Below the pieces are notes generated by a model. The model was not told the origin of the DNA. It saw only the letters and a list, made by a program, of their open reading frames with translations, and searched no databases. From positions 124,001 through 188,000 of the forward strand of contig JBODTK010000104.1 in the NCBI GenBank assembly GCA_050613775.1: a stretch of DNA of 64,000 nucleotides, read 5' to 3'. Shown here in pieces: positions 56,697 to 64,000 of this stretch. Every line of letters starts with the position of its first letter. The first letter of the stretch is position 1. A program made the position numbers and the translations under genes. This DNA is from Neocallimastix sp. 'constans' (taxonomy: Eukaryota).

Positions 56697-57597
56697 TTAA
56701 ATAAAATTTAAAAGTTAAAAAATTAAAAAATTACAATTAACATATCAAATAATAATAATAAAAATAATTAAATTAAAAAAATTAAAAATAACATTTTAAA
56801 TTAAATGTATAAATATGTATATAATATAAAAAAAAAAAAAAAAGGTATTTCCATTATGGGCTGCTACCTCAATTCCACTTGGTGGTTTAGGTTTTGATGA
56901 AAAATCAATTTCTTATGCTGCACCAATTATGGGTATATCAAAAATTATTATTCAATTAGTAGTTTACCCACCAGTTGCGAAATTTTTGAGTTCAACCCAA
57001 GGTTATAGATTTGGTTTAGTTCTTTTAATGATATTCTCTATCTTTACACCACATATATCAAAATATGTTAACGAACCCAATACTTTATGGACATTATTAA
57101 TTACTTTCCTTTCACTTTTCTCAGCTTCAGATGCCTTTGCTTATCTTTCCGTCATTATCATGATTACTGAAAGTGTTACTAGTGAACATTTAGGTTTTAT
57201 GCATGGATTTTCAGGTAAATATTAATAATAATAACAATAATAATAATAATAACAATAATAATAATAATAGCAGTAATAATAATAATAATAATAATCATAA
57301 TAATAACAGTAATAATAATAAATGATAAATGATAATAATATAGTTTTTAATTATAAAATTTTTAACTTTAAAATTATTATAAAATTTAAAATAAACTAAA
57401 ATTAAATAAACATCTAAAAAGGTATGTGTGTTTCTATTATGAGAATGATTGGTCCAACTTTAGCTGGAAGTATTTGGTCTTTCTCAATTAATAATTCATT
57501 TGGATATCCATTTAATGAACATTTAATTTTCATATTTATACTTTTCCTTTGTATTACTGGCTTCGGTGTTAGCTACATGGGATTTAAACCAAGATAA
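55150..57597 (+). CDS. Major facilitator superfamily transporter (DHA1-related, ZIFL/YCR023C-like); exons 55150-55646, 55799-55847, 56179-56628, 56845-57214, 57422-57597
   Basis: MFS motif A WGHLSDKFGRKPILL, IGPLIGGALANP, FPLWA…GGLGF, RMIGPTLAGSIWS; multiple TM segments; introns in phase. Confidence 0.92.
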
Positions 57598-57619
57598 ATA
57601 AATTAAATAAATTAAAAAA

Positions 57620-57650
<31 letters not shown>

Positions 57651-58272
57651 TAAAATAAAAAATAAAAGGAATCGTATTATAGAAAAAAAAAAAAAATGAA
57701 AGCAATATACATTATAAATCAATAAAATATAATAATAATAATCATATGTAATACCTATTATGTTTATATCTATAGATACATTATATGATATAAAATATAT
57801 AAACTAATTCACTTTACAATAAATTTTATTCAATGTATAGAGGTTAATAATATAAAAGTCTTTTATCCAAAAAAAAAAAAAAAAAAAAAAAAATTAAAGT
57901 GTATTTAAAAATTTTATGTAGAGTATATAATATATATATATATTTATATATATATATAATTAATAATTTTTTTTTTTTTTTTTTAATTCTATCTGATATT
58001 TATTATTTAATAATAAAAATATTTTAAACATATAAAAAAAAAAAAAAGAAAAAATAATAATAAAATAAAATATTAAAAAATAATAATAATAATAATAATA
58101 AATAAATAAATTATAATCATAATAATAATAAATAATATTAATTATTATAATAATATAATAATAATAAAAAATAATCATTATATAGTACATTTATAAAACA
58201 ATAATAATAAAATAAAATAAAAATAAAAATAAATTAAATCTATTATATTATTAAATTTATTAATATGTAGAT

Positions 58273-59430
58273 TTACAGATTAAATCATTTGCAAAATGGA
58301 GTAAATCAAACTGTATCATAAAGGATCTTATTAAATCTATTCCCAAAATGCCTTATTATTCCTGGACTAAAGAATCTAGAACACTATATAAAAAAATCAA
58401 AAAATATAAATGTGTAAAATATGACGATATTATAGAACGTTACTGGAAATCAGTTTCCAGATTTCAAGGTATTAAAGGTCAAAACTACGATAGTAACAAG
58501 TTCTCAAACAATAAAGCTATAATAATGCTTAGCTTAAAATATCCCCAATTCAACTTAGGATTTTCGTGGATTATACGTTTACGCTGTGGTTATAAATACA
58601 ATACTACTATTGCTATTAGAATGGGTAGAGTTTCAGAAGATTGTCCAAAGTCCTGCCCATGTTGTGGTGAAGGTAATCAATCTTTTGAACATTGGATTTT
58701 TAAATGCGATGCTCTTGCATCTTTTAGATGGAATTCTTTAAATTTCATCGATGATCTCTATGTTTTATTCCTTAGGAAGATTAGAGCGTTTAATCCTCTT
58801 TCTTCCTATGACTCTATTTCTGAGTTTGAAGATTATATCAATCATTATATATACTTGTTCCTTCTTGGTGGGACTTTAGTTTTAAATGAACTACATTTCG
58901 ATAGTGGGGAACAGAGACATTTAAATGAACTACTTTTCAAAGGTTCATCTGAGTCACCTGTTCCAAAAATTGTGGGCTTGGCGGAATTCTTAACAAATGC
59001 AATACCTATCATAAGTAGTTCGTTTGAGCTATTATTTGATAGGTATTGCAAAATATCAAACTTAACCAAGAGCGTCGACGTCGTACTGATAAGGCATAAT
59101 GAAAATACAGGATTATCATCTATTACTACGAAGGGTGATTCTCGCCCTAGTAGCTCAATAAATGATGAATCCGGGGAGAGTTTAGTGGACACCACACTAT
59201 CTATTTTAAGGATGTTACTTCTAAATTTTATTTCTTTTTTATTTGATAGGAAGGGTAAAATTCCCGCATAGTACAACTTGCCGAAATACATAGTATTTTC
59301 GAGCTTTTTTATTTTTTATTTTTTATTTTTTAATTTTTTATTTTTAATTTCTAATGTACTTTTCACCTACATGTATTTTTTAAAATAAAATTTAATAAAG
59401 TTTTTGGAAGTGTATTCTCTTCCCTGTCTA

Positions 59431-59456
<26 letters not shown>
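58273..59456 (+). mobile_element. 5'-truncated non-LTR retrotransposon (LINE): 3' end of ORF2, 3' UTR, poly(A) tail, 13-14-bp target-site duplication
   Basis: Frame is open from 58273 to the stop at 59271 with a CPCCGEGNQSFEHWIFKC zinc-knuckle typical of LINE ORF2 C-termini. Poly(A) at 59430-59456. (A)TTAATATGTAGAT at both 58259-58272 and 59456-59469. Confidence 0.92.
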
Positions 59457-59462
<6 letters not shown>

Positions 59463-60374
59463 TGTAGATCTTGTAAATTATTGGTTCATTACTTATAAGT
59501 TTTTTTTTACATAAATCAAAGGATAAATTTATAATTAAAAAAAAAAAAAATTTGAAAAAAAATGATGGCAACTCATTCCAATATATAATAAATAATTAAA
59601 TAATTAAATAATAAATAATTGAATAATAAATAATTGAATAATAAATAATTAAATAATAATAATATATAAATTTAATTAATATTAATGGTTTTATCTATAT
59701 TAAAAAAAATATATTTTTTAAAAATGTTAATATTACATATATCTATAACAATAAATAACAAAAAAGAGATAATCACATGTTTAAATAAGAAAAAAATGTG
59801 ATTATAATTTATGATTAATTATAATAATATAAAGTTTTAAAACAAAACAAAAAAAAAATTTAAAACTAAATTTTGTCTTACTTTGATTATTATTAGTCAA
59901 TTACATATAACGCGAATTATAATATTTTTTTTATATAATAAATACAAAGTTAACAATTATTATAAATATATAAATATATATTTAATAATTCTTATAATTT
60001 ATATTATAAATAAAAAAGATTAGATAGATAGATTCTATTTTATACTTTATATAATACTTTAATGAAAAAAAAATCCTTTTTTTTTTTTTTTAAAAAAAGT
60101 GAATTTATAATAAATCCTATATTAAATTATTAGTTAGTTCTTTAGTTAATTCTTTAGTTAAATATTTAGTTGATTATTTATTTGATATATTTATATACTT
60201 GTATTTAATTATTTGCATAAAATTAATAATTATTAATTATTAATTATTCTCTTTGAATATAAGTTAATGTATTAATGTAATATCTATCATCTTAAAACTA
60301 TTATCTTTTTTTTTAAAAAAAAACTGTCATAATTGTTATCCTTATTAATCATTAAATTATAATTAATATTAAAT

Positions 60375-61030
60375 TATATTAATAAATACTCTTTATTATT
60401 TATTATTTATTATTTATTACTTTTTATTTATTATTCAATTATTATTTATTATTATTATTTATTATTTATTATTTATTATTTATTATTTATTATTTATTAT
60501 TTATTATTCAAATATTTATATTATTTAATTATTATTATTTATTAATATATACTCTTCATATTATTTTTATTATTTATTATTTATTATTTATTAATAAATA
60601 CTCTTCATATTATTTTTATTATTTATTATTTATTATTTATTATTCAAATATTTATTATTTAATTATTATTATTTATTAATAAATACTCTTCATATTATTT
60701 TTATTATTTATTATTTATTATTTATTATTTATTATTCAAATATTTATTATTTAATTATTATTATTTATTAATAAATACTCTTCATATTATTTTTATTATT
60801 TATTATTTATTATTTATTATTTATTATTTATTATTCATTATTTATTATTTATTATTTATTATTTATTATTTATTATTTATTATTTATTATTTATTATTTA
60901 TTATTTATTATTTATTATTTATTATTTATTATTTATTATTATTATTATTTATTATTTATTATTTATTATTTATTATTTATTATTTATTATTTATTATTTA
61001 TTATTTATTATTTATTATTTATTATTTATT
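60375..61030 (-). repeat. (AATAAAT)n satellite in reverse orientation with higher-order ~85-90-bp units bounded by AATAAATACTCTT
   Basis: AATAAATACTCTT or a close variant recurs at ~60381, 60544, 60593, 60678 and 60770. Confidence 0.88.
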
Positions 61031-62651
61031 ATTATTTTTTGTTTTTTATTAATTATTCATAATTCATAATTCATAATGTATAATTCATTTATTCATAATT
61101 TATTATGAATGTTAGTTATAAAATATTAGGAATTAAGATTCAAAGACTTTTCATATAAATGCTAATACATTTGAATAATTTATTTAATATATTGGGTAAT
61201 AATTTTATTTTTATTTTTAAAATTTCATTTTAAAATTTTTTTATAGAAATAATATTTATTTATATATATTTAAATCGATTTAAAAATAATTTATATATAT
61301 TACAGTAATATATTGCCATATTTATAATAAATATGAATATACTTTATTCATAATCCTATAATATACTTTTGATTAAATCATTTCCAATTAATGATAATAA
61401 AAAAAATTTTCATCAAATATATAATTTCATATAATATTGATATACGACATAATTTATTCACATTTAAAGGTATTTTGTAATCCATAATATTATTAATAGA
61501 ATTATTATTATTATTTTTATTATAAATATTATTATAAATATTATAAATTATTATTATTATTATTATAATTAATAATAAACTAAGAATAATAATAATTAAA
61601 AAAAAAAATTTTTTTTATTAATAATTAATAATTATTATGTTATAATAAAATCATTATTATTTATTATTATTTTATTTTATTATTTTTTTTTAAATCCTTT
61701 TGAATTTTGTTAAAAACAAATTGTTCATTTTCTTTTTTTTTTTTTTTTTTAAAAAAAAAGTAATAGAAGGAAATATAACGTAAATTTTAAGAACTAATAA
61801 TAATAATATAATAAATTTAAATATTTTTAAAATTAAATTAAAAAAATAAAATAAAATATCAAAATGATTATATTCAAATATAAGAATAAATAAAAGATGG
61901 AAATTAAATTATATATATGAAAACTAAAAAAAAAAAAAATATATATATATATATATATAAGGATAATCTATCAATAATTTATATTACTACAATTAATATT
62001 GTAATATAATATTTATAGGAGAATGAATATAATAATTAATTATTTTATTTTATTCAATAAATCAAAGATAATAACATGTTAAAATTCTTTTATATATATA
62101 TATATAAACCTAAAAAATATTATATTAAAAAATAAAAATAAAAAATTTCTGTTATATTTATTTTTGATTTATATATTATTGTTAATAATAGATACTGTTT
62201 ATCATCATAAAATATAACTTTAATTTAAATATTTTATAAATTATAAATACAACTAATTAATAAATAAATGTTTTATAATTTTGCCAATTCTACATACAAA
62301 TATTATTGATTGAATACAAAATTTGATTCCAATTTAAAAACAAAGCAATTAAAAAGAAAGGAAAAAAGAAATATCATTTATTATTAATTGGCACTATCAT
62401 ATTACTAACATATTTTTATATTTTTTTTTGTATAAAATTATAATATAAAAATAATATTTAAAACTTTATTAATTTAAAATAAATATTCTATAATAACAAA
62501 GAAAAATCAATTGAAATGAACTACATAATAATAAATTTATAGAACTTTTCAATACATATTAAAAAATATATAAAATAATAATTAGATAAATATATATAAT
62601 AAAAAAATAAAAGAAAAAAAAAAAGGATGATTGCTTCAAAATTGTCATTAC

Positions 62652-62688
<37 letters not shown>

Positions 62689-63163
62689 CATAAAAATCTC
62701 AAAATAAAAATAAGATAATCAAAATAAATAAATAAATAAATATATAAAAATATTAATTGATAGAACAAATATATATATATTTTAATAATAAATAATAAAA
62801 TAATTTTTAATTAATTTAATAAGCAAATGAAAAAGAAATAATAATAATAAAAAGAATAATATATATATTAATATTGGTTTATTTTATCAAATACATTAAA
62901 GAGAAATATATATATATAATTTAAAACTATATAAAAACAAGAATGAAATCAAAATCTAATATTATATATATATAATTATTATTATACTAATTAATTTATT
63001 TTATTATTATACATTTATACATATTATATTTATATCATAAATAAAATATTTTATATTATCAAAATATATAATTATATATACTATAAATGAATAATAAATA
63101 AATAAAAGTAAAGTTTAATAAGGATATTTTTAAGAAGAAAATATATCAGAGATAAAAGAAAAC

Positions 63164-63939
63164 ATGTCCAACGAAATTCAGGATAATGGATGGAGATTTG
63201 CCCAATGTTTCGGTGAAAAGGGTGATCTTGAAGAAATTAATGAAGGTAAAAATATTTATAGATAAGATATGATCTTAAAATAATAAATAAATTATATGTA
63301 ATAAATTAAATATAAATAAAAAAAAAGTGAAGAAAAAGAAAAATGATAATAAAAATTATATGACAAACGATTAATTTTAATAATGAAAATAATGTATCAT
63401 CCATTTGTATAAATGTGTACAATCCATTTCTAACATCAAAACTATAATTTATAAAAATTTAAATTTTTATTTTTTAAAAAAAAATACATCTGTAACTAAT
63501 ATTTGATACATAAATAATATGTACTTCCATATTTATGTATATAATTAATAGAATAATTATATATGTTACTCTATTTTATAAAGTATAATTAAATATATTT
63601 TATAATTAAATATAATTAAATGTTGTTATCTATAAATAAAATAAAATTTATTTTTTTTTTTTTTTAAAAAAGAGTGAATATTTTAATATCATTATTATTA
63701 ATATAGTACTATTCAAGAAAAAAAGTTATTATAGAAATAAGAGATAAAGATGATAAAAAATATATATTTTATATAACATAATTAAAATAATAATTAATAT
63801 GATGATATATAAATAATTTAATATAATAAAAAAAAAAAAAGCCGATATTATTTCTGCCGTTGAATTCGATGAAACTGGTGATTATTTGGCTACTGGTGAT
63901 AAGGGTGGTAGAGTTGTTTTATTCGAAAGAAACGACACT
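63164..63939 (+). CDS. CDC55: Protein phosphatase 2A regulatory subunit B55, 5' part; exons 63164-63245 and 63842-63939, continues beyond the window
   Basis: [11 protein letters not shown]…[31 protein letters not shown] is the conserved B55 N-terminus. Not in the ORF track because the exons are short. Confidence 0.95.
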
Positions 63940-63967
63940 GTAAGAATTGGGAAAAAAATTATTATCA

Positions 63968-64000
<33 letters not shown>

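Noticed and set aside
58845..59291. 148-aa antisense ORF over the LINE
   Set aside because: Shadow of the sense ORF2 frame with no independent motif; the same applies to 1191-1397, 23516-23707, 51114-51338 and 56355-56546.

Overview
Extremely AT-rich eukaryotic DNA with short GT-AG introns, long homopolymers and AAT/AATAAAT satellites. The gene content (flagellar EFCAB2/DRC8, presequence-less ketol-acid reductoisomerase, decayed ankyrin and MATH genes) points to an anaerobic gut fungus (Neocallimastigomycota); this assignment is an inference. The right half (33.8-64 kb) is a run of spliced housekeeping genes: a thioredoxin-fold membrane protein, GOS1, EFCAB2/DRC8, a TLC-domain protein, RPA1, an MFS transporter and the start of PP2A-B55/CDC55. 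It also holds one young 5'-truncated LINE with a poly(A) tail and target-site duplication. The left half (0-32 kb) is accessory. It contains an acidic protein with a possible SUKH-like domain, an intronless GC-elevated 1355-aa gene (unknown Cys/His N-terminal domain plus 24 alternating ankyrin repeats), and an intronless Bacteroidetes-like ilvC bracketed by ~400-bp inverted repeats. Around these lie Ty1/Copia remnants, ankyrin and MATH pseudogenes, and an orphan three-exon internal fragment of a Rod/KNTC1-like gene. All homology calls come from motif recognition by eye; no searches were run.
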